A model generated the notes under the pieces. The model did no database searches, was not told the DNA's origin, and worked only from the letters and a program-made list of their open reading frames with translations. A stretch of 64,000 bases of DNA from an uncultured delta proteobacterium (GTDB taxonomy: Bacteria > Myxococcota_A > Polyangia > Polyangiales > B10-G4). Numbering within the stretch: the first letter of the stretch is position 1; every line of letters begins with the position of its first letter. The DNA is taken from the NCBI GenBank assembly GCA_963727445.1, contig CAVSGI010000009.1:704001-768000 (forward strand), in the 5' to 3' direction. Of the stretch, positions 52,563 through 63,984 are shown piece after piece. The translations under genes and the position numbers were made by a program.

Positions 52563-54595
52563 TCAGCGCGTCAAGGTCACCTCGGCGCTCACCGAGTTGC
52601 CGCCCGCATCCCACGCCCGCACCGCGACGAGGTGGCTGCCCGGATCCACGCTGCTCAGATCGAGGTCGAAGCGCTCGTCGCGCGTGTCGAGGAGATCGTC
52701 CACGGGGAAGAAGGGCCGGAACTCGTGACCGTCCACCGCGAACTCGAGCTTGGCGATGGGCCCCATGCCGTCGACCACGCGACCCACCACGTGCGCCCCG
52801 TTCGCTCGGATGCTCTCCACCCGAGGCGGGTGGTTGTCGATCAACAGCGGCTCGCTCCGCTGCCGCGTTCGCTGCACCAGGGACGCCGGGTTCGCCAGCT
52901 CGTCCGAGGCCTGGACCTCGACCACGTACCACCCGTCCGGCAATGCGCTGGTGTCCCATTCGTACTCGTCGCTCGTGAGCTCCTCGCCGGGACGCAGGAT
53001 CTCGCGCCACTGCCGCTGTGACTCGTTGCGGAAGCGCAGGTGGTAGAGCATCTCGTCGTCGTCGGGGTTGTCCACCTTCCAGGTGAGCTTGATCTTCGTG
53101 CTGGGCTCGGGCGGATCGTCCGCGCTCCGGTGACTGTCGCCGTTCTTGCTCGCCGCCTTCTTCGCGCGCTTGATCCCCACGTCGGAGATCCGTGCGCGCT
53201 GGTTCTGCGGCAGGTAGTTCGCGACCACCGCGAGGATCCGCGCGTCCGGGTCACGCGGGAAGCGCGCGCGCACCTGTAAGAAGCGCGCCCCCGCGCTCCT
53301 GATCGGACCCGGGTTGGTCATCGGCGCCGACCATTCGCTCCAGGTCTCGTCGGGCTCTTCCGAGTTCCCGCTCCGCGTCTGGAACTGCAGCGCCCCCGAC
53401 CCCCGCCAGGTCAGCTGCCCATATCGGGCCGAAAAGCTCGCGTCGAGCACCTTGCTGGTCCAGGTGGCGCTGTGAGGCTCGCCCTGCACCACTCGGTAGA
53501 TCGCGGCGCCGTCGCCAGTCACGAAGAGCGGGTCGTCCCCCGTCATGTCGAGGGCGAGCACCTGCCGCTCGTCGACGTCGATCCACACGGCGGAGTCGTC
53601 GTCCGGGCTCACCCGATCGATGCGGCCCTTCTGGCCCAGGCCCGCGTAGATGGTGCCGTCGTCGGTGATCTGGACCGAAGTGAAGTGGCCGTCGTCGTCG
53701 GCGAGGATGCGCTCGGTGCGCCCGTCGCTCCCCACGCGATAGAGCCGTCCCTTGCCGGGCCGCGGCCGCCCCGCGCTGCTGCTGCGTCGTCTTCGTCTTG
53801 GTGCTGCGTGCCGCTCGGCGGGTTCGGGAACTCGTTGGCGGCCACCGCGAGCACTCCGCCCTGCACGGCGATCGCGGTGACCTCGTTGCCCGGGAAGTCG
53901 TAGACCACTTCGGCGCGCCCCGGCCCGCGCAGGTGCACCACGAGCGCCTCGTCGCTGGTGCCGGCGTAGAGCGTGCCGTCGTCGGCGAGGGCCAGGGTCA
54001 TCACGTGCCCGGCCTCGGAGTCCCAGTAGACCTGCGCGTTGCCCGTGCGATCGATGGCGAAGACCTTCCCCTCTGGGCCGGTCGCCGCGAAGAGCGTGCC
54101 GTCGTGATAGACGAGCTCCCACACGTGCTCGACGCCGTCCGGTCGCGTGAGCTCCTGCACCTGCCCCTGCGCGTCGATCTTGTAGATCCGGCCCTCGGGC
54201 AGCGTGCCGGCGTAGAGGTCGCCGCCGGCGAAGACCAGGGAGGTGACGGCGAGCTGTCCGGTCTCGGCGAACTCGCTCACGGCGTCGCCGCGGAGCTGGA
54301 AGATCTTGCCGTCGTTGCCGGTGCCGATGAAGACCGCGCCGTTGCCCCGCGCGAAGCACCAGGCGGACGCGGCGTCGTCGAGGCCGATGCGGCGCGTGGA
54401 GACGCCGAGGGTGACGGATCCGTCGGAGAGGACCGCGGTCCCGTCGAGCTCGCCCGCGGCGAGGGCGTCCGAAGAGTCGAGGACGAACTGCCGGGTGGAG
54501 ACGGCGTCGGCCGGGGGCGCGAGGATCGCGACGCCGAGGGAGAGCAGGGCGGCGGACCCCGCCAGCATCGAAGCGCGTCTCGGGATGTCGTTCAT
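52563..54595 (-). CDS. Secreted beta-propeller protein with C-terminal Ig/FN3-like domains; indel(s) at about 53770-53810
   Basis: Signal peptide; repeated LYAGT-xx-GKIY blades; joins ORFs 53609-54595 and 52563-54359. Confidence 0.78.
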
Positions 54596-54599
54596 TTCT

Positions 54600-56510
54600 C
54601 TATCGTCCTCGGGGCGTCTCTCGGACCCGAAGGGTCAGGGTGGCGGAGCCGTGCAGCACGCTCCCGATGTCGTGGATCTGCCGGTCGTAGGTCACGAAGG
54701 GCCGGCTGTTCTCGGTGTCGTTGACCATGGAGAGGTTGTCGAGCGCCGAGGGCGGCAGGTCGTTCACTACATGGCCGGAGAAGGTCATGCCGCGGGAGGG
54801 CATCTTCAAGCTCACCACCAGATCGGTGGAGGGGAGGCGGTTTTCGACGATGCGCACGAGGTCGTCGATGCTCCGGGGCTGGGGCTGCTCCAGATCGACG
54901 CGGCTGCCCGAGGTGATCTTGATCTGCACCGAGTCACCGGCGGCACGCATGGGCACCTCCACCGGGATGATGCGCGTGCGATCGGGACGCCCGCGGCGGC
55001 GCAGCCGGACGTGGACGTCGACGGTGCTCCCCGGGTCCACCTCGGCGCTGGTGATGGCCGCGTCGACGATCTCGTCGACATCGCGCTCGAAGCGAACGGC
55101 GAGCTCCACGTCGACGCGGCGCACCCGCGTCTCCTCGAAGGGGTTGCCGTAGGCGACCTCCATCAGGTCGAAGAGACGCAGCCGGCTGAGGGTTCCGGGA
55201 TCGTTGGGACCGGCGGACATGTAGCCCACGTCCTCGACCTCGATGGGCGACCGGCCCTCCATCTCGACGGTGGAGGTCGCCGTGTACGTGACGTCGGTCT
55301 GGTCGCTCGCCGTGGTCTGAACGGCGTTGGCGATGGCCGAGAAGACGAGGATGGGCGACAGGATGCGGTGCGCCGCGACCTCGACGTCCCACTCGGTCTT
55401 CGGCGCCGCGGGCACGCCGGTGATCCGGATGTGAACCGGGATGGTCTCGGCCTGATGCGCGTTGTCGATGACGATCGCCGGCTGTCGGTCCTGGATCAGG
55501 GTGCCCAGTGGATCCTGGCCCTCGGCGATCTTGAAGGAGCGCGACTCGCTCGCGAGGATGTGAAGGACGCGCGCCGTGCCCGTGGGAAGGCCAACCTCGC
55601 CGGCGTTCATCATCGGGTGACCGAAGGCGACGGTGCGCGTTCGACCGACGTGGGTGATGGTCCCGATCGGCGTCGCCGACATGTCGCCGCGGATCAACTG
55701 CACCGCGATCGCGCCTCCGTTCACGAAGTGCGGCGCGGCGCTCCGGCTCTGGGCCGCGGCGCTCCCGCCCGCCTGAAGCGCGACCAGTCCGAAGGGCTCG
55801 AGGCGCTCGGCGAGGAGGTTCGCCACCGCGTCCGTCATGCCGCCGAGCATCACCGGCGTCGCGGCGGGGATCATCCCGCGCGGTCCGGGCGCTGGCGTGC
55901 GGTGTACGCGCGCCGCGTGATCCTCGAGCGGCGAGAACGCGGTGCGGGGGGCGTCACCGACATAGGGCGCGAGCCCCGCGAGGCGGGCGCGCGACGGGCG
56001 GAGGTGCGCGGCCTGGGGTCGCCGGCGGCGGGGAAGGGGCGAGAGCTGATCGGCGCCGGGAAAGGCGTCGGGCCGCACGGGTCGATCCCTTTCGGCCAAC
56101 ATGGAGGCGATGGGTGTGACGCCGGCGACGGGGTCGAGGCCGAAGGGCCAACCGTAGGCGTAGGCGCCAGCGAGGCGACCGTCGAGATAGATGGGCGAGC
56201 CGCTCATCCCCGCCACCGTGCGCGCGTGCTCGAGGATCGGATGCTCGGTCCGCACCAGGATCAGATCCATGTCCGGGCGGAAGTTGTGCAGGACGTCGAT
56301 GACCTCGACCTCGAAGCGCTCCGGCTGCGTCCCCTGAAAGACGGTCAACCCGTAGCCGCGCATCCCGCGCGTGATCTCCGAGACGTCGATGGTGGTGCGC
56401 CCGCGCGACTGCCCGACGGCCGCGGCCGCGACCAGGGTCAGCCACCCGACGAGGAGCAGGACGAAGGGGCTGGGGGACGAGCCGCGGGTTCTACGATGCG
56501 CTCTACGCAA
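54600..56510 (-). CDS. SpoIVB peptidase S55 domain protein (start approximate)
   Basis: GMRGYGLTVFQG, AGMSGSPIYLDGRLAGA, GVTPI, AFGHPM. Confidence 0.87.
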   Translation of the reverse strand: MRRAHRRTRGSSPSPFVLLLVGWLTLVAAAAVGQSRGRTTIDVSEITRGMRGYGLTVFQGTQPERFEVEVIDVLHNFRPDMDLILVRTEHPILEHARTVAGMSGSPIYLDGRLAGAYAYGWPFGLDPVAGVTPIASMLAERDRPVRPDAFPGADQLSPLPRRRRPQAAHLRPSRARLAGLAPYVGDAPRTAFSPLEDHAARVHRTPAPGPRGMIPAATPVMLGGMTDAVANLLAERLEPFGLVALQAGGSAAAQSRSAAPHFVNGGAIAVQLIRGDMSATPIGTITHVGRTRTVAFGHPMMNAGEVGLPTGTARVLHILASESRSFKIAEGQDPLGTLIQDRQPAIVIDNAHQAETIPVHIRITGVPAAPKTEWDVEVAAHRILSPILVFSAIANAVQTTASDQTDVTYTATSTVEMEGRSPIEVEDVGYMSAGPNDPGTLSRLRLFDLMEVAYGNPFEETRVRRVDVELAVRFERDVDEIVDAAITSAEVDPGSTVDVHVRLRRRGRPDRTRIIPVEVPMRAAGDSVQIKITSGSRVDLEQPQPRSIDDLVRIVENRLPSTDLVVSLKMPSRGMTFSGHVVNDLPPSALDNLSMVNDTENSRPFVTYDRQIHDIGSVLHGSATLTLRVRETPRGR

Positions 56511-56564
56511 GGCAGGACGAGACTAGCAGGTTGGCGCGCCCCGCTGCGTAGTCGAATCTCGCGG

Positions 56565-57026
56565 CTATTCGGCCGGTTCGGCGATGGGCACGGCTTCGGG
56601 AAAGAGGCGCTCGACCAGATCGGCCAGGGTGTCGCCGCGGAACGGCTTGATCAGGGTCTCCACCACGCCCGCGAGGCGGGCGGCGATGTGGAGCTCCTCG
56701 GTCTCTTCGCTCGCCATGAGGACCACGGGGATCTGCGGGTGCTTTTCGCGGAGCACGGTCGCGACCTCGAGGCCGTTCATCCCGGGGAGCTCTTCGTCGA
56801 CGAGGATCAGGTCCACCGGCCACTGGGAGACCAGGGCCAGGGCGCCATCACCGCTGCTGGTGCCCACCACGCGGTGACCCTGCACCGTGAGCATGCGGGC
56901 CAAGGTCCACTGCAGGTCCGGGTCGTCCTCGACGACGAGGATCCCACCGAGCAGCGGCGCGACCGACTTCGCGGCGCGCACGGCCCCCTGTAGCTTCCTC
57001 CGGTCCCCTCTGGACATCTCGGTCAA
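56565..57026 (-). CDS. Single-domain response regulator (receiver)
   Basis: ILVVEDD, DLILVDEELPGMNG, LIKPF. Confidence 0.88.
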   Translation of the reverse strand: MTEMSRGDRRKLQGAVRAAKSVAPLLGGILVVEDDPDLQWTLARMLTVQGHRVVGTSSGDGALALVSQWPVDLILVDEELPGMNGLEVATVLREKHPQIPVVLMASEETEELHIAARLAGVVETLIKPFRGDTLADLVERLFPEAVPIAEPAE

Positions 57027-57142
57027 CGAACCCCCCTCATCGGACCGCTCCCGCTTGGCCCTCGTTTCCCGACCTCCGACACGCGAGGCAAACGAACTAT
57101 TCCCGCCGTTGCCCGATGAAGTAAGTGGGGAAGGAGGTCGTG

Positions 57143-57171
57143 TTTATAGTCGCCGTTCGTGCTTTGCGCAA
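57143..57171 (-). promoter_or_regulatory. Sigma70-type promoter for the response regulator
   Basis: TTGCGC-N17-TATAAA on the minus strand in an AT-rich intergenic region. Confidence 0.55.
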
Positions 57172-57299
57172 CGGGTTTCTCAATACTTCTGCAAACCTAC
57201 GAAATTTCCGCCCCCGGCTCTCCCCCAGAGCCGAAAAGGCCTGGCCCCGCCTGCTCCACGCGGTTGGCGGGGGGCTGGCCCTCGGGCTACCGTCCCCCC

Positions 57300-58040
57300 G
57301 TGCGTCCGCCCCCATTGCCCCAGCAGGTCGACGTCCTTTCGGGGATCCTCGAACAGATCCCCGTGCTTCGCGAGAACGGGGGCGAGCCCGTGGTCGTCTT
57401 CGACCTCGACGGAACGCTCTACGACAACCGGCCGCGCACCCTGGCGATCCTCGCCGAGTACGCCGACGACGTACGCGCCGAGTACCCGGACGTGGCCGAG
57501 CAGCTCGATCAACTCGACGTCGAGCGCCTGCACTACCTCTTGAGCAACACCCTGCGCGAGGTGGGGCTCACCCACGTCGACGTGGTGCGCGACATCACCA
57601 AGTTCTGGCGCGAGCGCTACTTCCACGACGACTACCTCGCGCACGACATCCCCTTCGACGGCGCGCCCGAGTTCGTCACCGCCTGCTACGAGTCGGGCGC
57701 GGGCATTCTCTATCTCGGCGGCCGCGACATCCCGAGCATGCTCCTGGGTACGGTGGCCAGCCTTCGCGATCACAACTTCCCCATCGGCGTCGTGGGCGTG
57801 CAGCTGGTGCTGAAACCGGACGCGACGATGGGTGACGAGGCCTTCAAGCGCTCCGCGATCCCCACGCTCGGGCTGATCGGCGACACCATCGCCTTCTTCG
57901 ACAACGAGCCCGCGAACTGCAACCTCGCCAAAGAGCATTTCCCGGACGCCTACGTCGCGCTGGTGGAGACGCAGAAGGTGCCGGGCGCACCCGATCCCGA
58001 CGCGGGGCTGCATCACGTGACGGATTTTCGGACGTTCTGA
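57300..58040 (+). CDS. HAD-superfamily hydrolase
   Basis: VVFDLDGTLYD motif I, YLGGR, FK, FFDNEPAN; GTG 57300. Confidence 0.85.
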   Translation: MRPPPLPQQVDVLSGILEQIPVLRENGGEPVVVFDLDGTLYDNRPRTLAILAEYADDVRAEYPDVAEQLDQLDVERLHYLLSNTLREVGLTHVDVVRDITKFWRERYFHDDYLAHDIPFDGAPEFVTACYESGAGILYLGGRDIPSMLLGTVASLRDHNFPIGVVGVQLVLKPDATMGDEAFKRSAIPTLGLIGDTIAFFDNEPANCNLAKEHFPDAYVALVETQKVPGAPDPDAGLHHVTDFRTF

Positions 58041-58069
58041 CCGAGCGCTCTGGTACGCTTCGAGCGTAC

Positions 58070-60353
58070 GTGCGCGCTCTGTTCTCGTTGCTGCTCGTCG
58101 CTGTCTGGTCGGCCGCCTGCTCCGACCCGCCGACGAGCGATGACGGAGGCGCCATGGGAGACGCGGCGGTCGATGCGGCCACCGGGCCTGCCGCCCCCGC
58201 TGAGCCGATGCCGCCCGCCGCGCCGGCGCAATCGTCGCGGTCTTGCCCGACCGGCTGGGTCGAGGGCGCCGCGGGCTGCGCGCCCTTCGCCACCGAGCCG
58301 ACTTGCATGGGCGCCGAAGCCGCCCTCGTCGGGGAAGCGGCCTGCGTGGCGGTCGGCGGCGCCTGCCCGTCGGGAGACTTCGCCGATCCGCCTGCCTCCG
58401 GTGAGGTGATCTACGTCAGCGCCAGCGCTTCGGCGCCCGGTGACGGCTCGGCGGCCTCGCCCTACGACCAGCTCTGGCGCGCCATCGCGCGTGCCACGGC
58501 GGGATCCACCATCCTCCTTTCGAAGGGAGAGCACCTCGGTCACGCCGAGCTCCCGCCGGGCGTGCATCTGCGCGGAGCCTGCGCGGCCGAGACCACGCTT
58601 CGCGCCGACACAGCCGACCTGATCTATCCGACCCTCATCGTGAACGGGGCCGATTCGGCGGTCTCGGATTCTCACGATCACCGGTGACCGCGCCGGCATC
58701 GCCGCGATCGGCGCGGCCGCCAGCGTGACGGTTCGAGGCGTCGTCCTCGAGTCGGTCGTCGCCCTCGGGCTCATCGCTCAGGGGGGGACGGTGGACGCGG
58801 CGGAGGTGATCGTGCGCGGGTCGCGTGCTGTCGGCGGCAGCCCGGGCCGGGGCGTGGACGCCATCCGTGACGGGACGCTCTCGCTCAGTCGTTCGCTGAT
58901 CGAATCGACCGACGGGGCGGGGTCGCTCTTCGGATCGGGGGCGCAGGTGACGATCACCGACGTCCTCTATCGTGACACGGGCCCGAGCGCGATCGGTGTG
59001 CAGGAGGGGGCCGTGGTGAGCCTTTCACGCGTGGCCATGCTTCGCGCAACCGACGTGGGCTTCAACGCCAACAACGACGGAACGATGGTGACGGTCGAGG
59101 ACGTCTACGTCGCCGGAGATGGGATGACCGCCGATCGCGGCATGGGGCTCGGCGTGGGCGCGCAGCTCGAGGCGACCGGTGTGTACCTCGAGCACATCGG
59201 TGAATTCGCCCTGTTCGTGACGGACGCGGGCTCGGCGGCGACGATCAGTGACGTGTATGTCGCCGACGCGGAAGGGCGCGCCTTGAACGCTCAGCGCGGA
59301 GGCTCGATCGATGCCCAGCTCGTCGCTCTGTCGGACGTCCGCGACGTCACGGTGCTCGCTTCGTCGGAGGGCAGCATCACGATCTCGGACACGACCATCG
59401 ACGGATCCGGGCGCGGGCTTCGCGCGCAGACCGCGGGCACTCTCCAAGCGAGCCGCGTGCGACTGACCGGCGTCGTGCAGGACGCCATCCAGTCCAGCGA
59501 CGAAGGCACCACCGTGGTGGTGGAGGACCTCGACGTGCAGGGCGGTACGCCCGGTATGGACACGGCGCGCGGAGGGGCGGCCTTCAGCGGATCGAGCCTC
59601 ACCGTCCGTCGGGCCGTCGTTCGTGACGCCGTCTGGGGCGGATTTTCGGTCCATGGGCCCACCAGCACCGTGCGGCTCGAGGACGCGGTGATCGAGGACA
59701 TCGAGAGCTACTTCGACGGCACCGCAGGATATGGGCTCGCCGCCCTCGAAGGAACGCTCGACGCCGAGCGGGTGCGCATCACGAACGCCCACACGATGGG
59801 AGTCGGTACGGGCTTCGGGGCCCACGTCACCCTCACCGACGTGTTCGTGAGCGGCACGCAGTCGGAGCCGGCGAGCGGGCTCTGGGGGCGCGCCGTCAGC
59901 GCCCAGGGGCCCGACGACATGCTCACGGTCGTGCGGGGCGTCTTCGAGGACAGCATCGCCGCCGGCGTCTTCGCCGGCACGTCGACCTTCGACCTTCGGG
60001 ACATCGTGATTCGCACCACCAAGCGGCGCGACTGCATGGCGGTCCGGTGCGCCGAGGAAGGCGGCGTCGGCCTCGTGTCCTACTACGATGCGAGCGTCCA
60101 TCTCGAATCCTTCCTCCTCACGGACAACGACATCGCTGGTGCGCAGCTCGGGGAGGGTGGGGAGCTGGACCTCGTCGACGGTGTGGTCAGCAACCAGCCC
60201 ATCGGCGTCAGCATCCAGACCCCGGGCTACGATTTCGGACGCCTGACCGACAGCGTTCGCTACGAGGACAACGGATCGAATCTCGACACCAACGACCTGC
60301 CCGTTCCGCAGACGAGCACCATCGCCAGCACGGACGAGCCGCCCGAGGACTGA
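58070..60353 (+). CDS. Right-handed beta-helix repeat lipoprotein; +1 indel at about 58670
   Basis: Lipobox SAAC; VIYVSASASAPGDGSAASPY; C-terminus YEDNGSNLDTNDLPVP matches the paralog at 26395. Confidence 0.78.
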
Positions 60354-60394
60354 AGCGCCGACAACTCACGGCGCTGCCGTAGACTCGGGGTGGC

Positions 60395-62065
60395 ATGCCT
60401 TCCGACCCGAGCGACGACCGCATCGGCACCCTCATCGGTGGGCGCTACCGCATCGAGCGTCGCCTCGGCGCTGGGGGCATGGGTGAGGTCTACGTCGCGC
60501 TGGACACGCGTGAAGAGGTGGAGGTCGCCATCAAGCTCCTCAACCCCGCGCTCGCCAACGAAGAGCAGTACCTGGAGCGCTTTCTCCGGGAGGCCGAGGT
60601 CACGTCCCTCCTCGATCATCCACACGTGGTGAAGGCGATCGACTCGGGGACGCACGACGATGGATCGCCCTACCTCGTGATGGAGCTGGTAGCCGGCAAG
60701 TCGCTTTCGGCCTACATGCGCGAGAGAAATGGTGAGCCCCTCGATCTTCCCATCGTGATCTCGATCGCGCGTCAGATCGCCTCCGCCCTCGCCGCCGCCG
60801 CCGAGATCAACGTCATCCACCGTGACCTCAAGCCGGCCAACGTGATGATCGCCGAAGCACCAGGCGGCGAGCTCCGCGTGAAGGTGCTCGACTTCGGCAT
60901 CGCGCGTTTCCTCCGGAGCCCGACGTATCAGACGCTCACCATGACCGGGCAGGTGCTCGGAACGCCCGCCTACATGTCGCCCGAGCAGGCCTTCGGCGAG
61001 CGCGTCGACCTCACGACCGACATCTACTCCCTGGGGGCCATCCTGCACGCGCTCCTGACGGGGGAGCCGCCCCATGGCCGCGGCCCGGAAGTGCTCGCGC
61101 GTCTCCTCGCTGGGGAGCGAGAGCGCCTCACCGAAGTCCGGCCCGACCTCGGCCCGGCGGCAGCGGTCATCGAGCGTTGTCTCGCTCCCGCGCCGGCCGA
61201 TCGCTATCCGAGCGCCGAGGCCCTGGACCGGGATCTCGCCTCGCTCGAGCGAGAGGGAAGCAGGACCGTGGTGGATTGGGTTCGGCCCGACATCCTTCCC
61301 TCGCTGATTCTCGACCGCGACTCGGTGCTGGACACCACCCCTGCTCCTGACCTCGGGGCGGCTCCCTCGCCAGCGCCTCGGGGGCGGGCTCTGCGCCCGT
61401 CGGCGCGACGCGCGCCTTTCGTGTCTTCGGAGCGAAGGCGCTTCGGGTGGTGGATCGCGTTGGCGCTGCTCTCCGTGGTAGCGGGCGTCCTGGTGGTGAT
61501 GGTGCTCTTCGGTGAGGGGCGAGACAGCACGCACACGGGCGAGCCGGTGCCGGTCTTGCCCGTCATGATCCACGGGGCGGGCGTCGACGCCGGGGCACAG
61601 AGCGCGACGGCGCCGGAGCTTCGAGACGCGACCACCGACGACGGCGCCCTCGCAGCGGATGCCGCCGCGGCGGATTCTTCCGCCGAAGAAGTCACGCGAG
61701 CTCCCCACTGCCCCGGCGACACCGACTGGCACGCCCTCATCGAAGACGGAAACGACAACTACATCTCTGCCGCCGAGTCGCGGATTGAACCGGGCATCAT
61801 CGCCATCAACGCGCGCTGCTATTCGACGCGCAGCGTGCCCACGGAGTCGACCCTTCGCTTCGGCGTCGACCGCAGCTACCACGTCACCCACCTGCGCTTC
61901 ACCGATCCCGGCAGGTTGAACGCGGCGGAGCGCGCCTGCGTGTTGCGCTCCTTGCGCCACGACACCAGGTTCGAGCCCTTCGTCAGCGGTGTCTTCACCT
62001 TCGACTTCGTCGGCAAGTCTCTGGTCTTGCGCCTCGACCACCGCCCGGCCTGCGGCGCTCGTTGA
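60395..62065 (+). CDS. Membrane Ser/Thr kinase
   Basis: LGAGGMG, VAIK, HRDLKPAN, DFG, GTPAYMSPE; TM; small extracytoplasmic domain. Confidence 0.92.
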   Translation: MPSDPSDDRIGTLIGGRYRIERRLGAGGMGEVYVALDTREEVEVAIKLLNPALANEEQYLERFLREAEVTSLLDHPHVVKAIDSGTHDDGSPYLVMELVAGKSLSAYMRERNGEPLDLPIVISIARQIASALAAAAEINVIHRDLKPANVMIAEAPGGELRVKVLDFGIARFLRSPTYQTLTMTGQVLGTPAYMSPEQAFGERVDLTTDIYSLGAILHALLTGEPPHGRGPEVLARLLAGERERLTEVRPDLGPAAAVIERCLAPAPADRYPSAEALDRDLASLEREGSRTVVDWVRPDILPSLILDRDSVLDTTPAPDLGAAPSPAPRGRALRPSARRAPFVSSERRRFGWWIALALLSVVAGVLVVMVLFGEGRDSTHTGEPVPVLPVMIHGAGVDAGAQSATAPELRDATTDDGALAADAAAADSSAEEVTRAPHCPGDTDWHALIEDGNDNYISAAESRIEPGIIAINARCYSTRSVPTESTLRFGVDRSYHVTHLRFTDPGRLNAAERACVLRSLRHDTRFEPFVSGVFTFDFVGKSLVLRLDHRPACGAR

Positions 62066-62067
62066 CC

Positions 62068-63348
62068 TCAATGGACGATCGCGGTCTCGCTCAGGTCCTT
62101 GCCCTTCGTCTCGGGGAGCATCGCGTAGATCATCCCGATGGCGACGATGGGGAAGATGGCGGTGACCTGTAGCACCGGACCCCAGGCGCCCACCGACTCG
62201 GCGATGACGCCCACCAGGCCCGGGGAGAGCACGTAGCCGATGCGGCCGATGAGGTTGTTCGACCACGCGAAGGCGTCGCCGCGGAGATCGGTGGGGAAGA
62301 GCTCCGTGTTGTAGGCGTTGAGCACCGGCATGGGGGCGCTCGCGCCGAAGATGCCGAAGACCAGGGCGATGGTCAGGGGGATCATGCCGTGGAGCGTGTA
62401 GGCGAAGAAGACGCCGGCGGCGCCGGCTGTGAAGATGACGGCCGCTCCGTGTCGGCGGCCGATCACGTCGATCAGACGCCCGGCGAAGAAGATCAAGGGC
62501 ATGGCGCCGAGGGCGGCGATGCTGATCGCCATGCCCACCTCCCCGTCGGTCAGGCCGGCTTCTCCGACGGCGTACTCCTTCCAGAAGGAGACGCCGTTCT
62601 GAGTGCACAGGTAGGTCGTGAACCAGATCGCGCCGAGCTGCAGGACACGCTTCTTGTGCGGCGTGCGAAAGACGTGGAAGAGGCTCCGGTGTTCTCGCAC
62701 CGCGGTCCCGACTTCGTCCTCGAAGCGCTTGGTCTCTCGGAGGTTGCGGCGCGCGAAGGCGAGGATGATCAGAGGCGCGACGCCCACGAAGTAGATCGTG
62801 CGCCATCCCCAGTCGGTGCCGTGGGGGAGCCAGAGGAAGCCGGGGCCGTCGACGGGCGCGAGCTTCTTCAGCACGGGGACGACGCCGGCGCAGATGATCG
62901 CGCCCAGGCTCACGAAGGCCTGGATCACGCCGATCACCATGCCGCGCCTCGCCGCGGGGAATTCCTCGGCCGCGATCACCATGCTGGTGGCCCATTCGGC
63001 GATCAAGAAGACGCGCGCCACGAGCTGGAGCCCGCCGAAGATCCACACGTTGGGCGCGAGCCCGCTCAGCCCGGTGAAGACGGTGTAGCCGGCGATGGTC
63101 ACCGTGAGCACGCGGCGGCGGCCCCACGCGTCTGCCTTTCGGATCAGGAGGTAGGCGATGACGGTTCCGGCGTTGATCACGCCGAGGAGCAGCCCACCGC
63201 CGGCGCGGTCGAGGCCGAAGTCCGCGCGCAGCTCCGGGAGGATCTGCGTGAGGGCCATGAAGTCGTAGCCCTCGAAGAAGGTCGCGACGCTCAGGAAGAC
63301 GAAGAGACGTTTCTGGTAGGCGTCGAGGGTGAAGGGGACCTTGGGCAC
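62068..63348 (-). CDS. MFS transporter
   Basis: FFEGYD, ADAWGRRRV, EEFPAARRG, ELFPTDLRG, LPETKG. Confidence 0.92.
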   Translation of the reverse strand: MPKVPFTLDAYQKRLFVFLSVATFFEGYDFMALTQILPELRADFGLDRAGGGLLLGVINAGTVIAYLLIRKADAWGRRRVLTVTIAGYTVFTGLSGLAPNVWIFGGLQLVARVFLIAEWATSMVIAAEEFPAARRGMVIGVIQAFVSLGAIICAGVVPVLKKLAPVDGPGFLWLPHGTDWGWRTIYFVGVAPLIILAFARRNLRETKRFEDEVGTAVREHRSLFHVFRTPHKKRVLQLGAIWFTTYLCTQNGVSFWKEYAVGEAGLTDGEVGMAISIAALGAMPLIFFAGRLIDVIGRRHGAAVIFTAGAAGVFFAYTLHGMIPLTIALVFGIFGASAPMPVLNAYNTELFPTDLRGDAFAWSNNLIGRIGYVLSPGLVGVIAESVGAWGPVLQVTAIFPIVAIGMIYAMLPETKGKDLSETAIVH

Positions 63349-63452
63349 GATGGCGGCGAGGGTAGGGCAGAGCGAGGGCGGCGTCGCGCATTTCTCGACC
63401 GCGCGCCCGCTGTTCTGCGACAGTGATGAACACGGTTCACCTCGGAGGAACG

Positions 63453-63984
63453 ATGACCCGCTGCCTGATCGCGTTCGTGCTCTCGCTCACCCTCGTCGGC
63501 TGTGGTGACGATGGTGCCCCGTCGGACTCCAGCACCGGGAGTGACACCGGCGCCGCGGGCGACACCGGCGACCGCGGGCGACACCGGGACCGCGGGCGAC
63601 ACCGGGACCGCGGGCGACACCGGGACCGCAGGCGACACCGGGACCGCGGGCGACACCAGCACCACCGGGGATGCAAGCGCCATGATGGGTGCTTGCACGA
63701 ACGCCGCGGACATGGCCGTCGTCGACTCCATGGACATCGCGGCTGCTGCGGAGGGCTGTGGCCGCGACTGCTTCGGCGGCGCGATGTGCGTCACCAACTG
63801 CATGCGCGACGACGTCGGGCTCTCGATGGATTGCGCGAGCTGCTTCGGCGACACCGCGGGCTGCACCCTCGACAACTGCCTCACCCAGTGCCTGGGCACC
63901 GACGAAGCGGCTTGCACGATGTGCCGCCGGGACGCGGGCTGCATCGACTCCTTCGAGATGTGCTCGGGGCTGCCCGGCTCCTGA
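63453..63984 (+). CDS. Small Cys-rich lipoprotein with (DTGTAG)n linker; +1 indel at about 63569
   Basis: GGAGG RBS, MTRCLIAFVLSLTLVGC-GDDG; C-terminal Cys-rich helical domain in ORF 63502-63984. Confidence 0.8.
63543..63657 (+). repeat. Coding tandem repeat, 18-bp unit x6
   Basis: GACACCGGGACCGCGGGC; the second unit is 19 bp. Confidence 0.9.

Noticed and set aside
54243..56993. 916-aa plus-strand ORF (likewise 60260-63433 minus, 36342-39050 minus, 34801-35790 plus and many other long ORFs)
   Set aside because: Antisense or off-frame shadows of well-supported genes; stop-poor frames are expected at this GC content and show no motifs.
57150..57215. c-di-GMP-I riboswitch-like words (GCAAACC..GAAA; GCGCAAAGC)
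   Set aside because: The two words are on opposite strands and the P2 stem does not pair; the region is better explained as a promoter.
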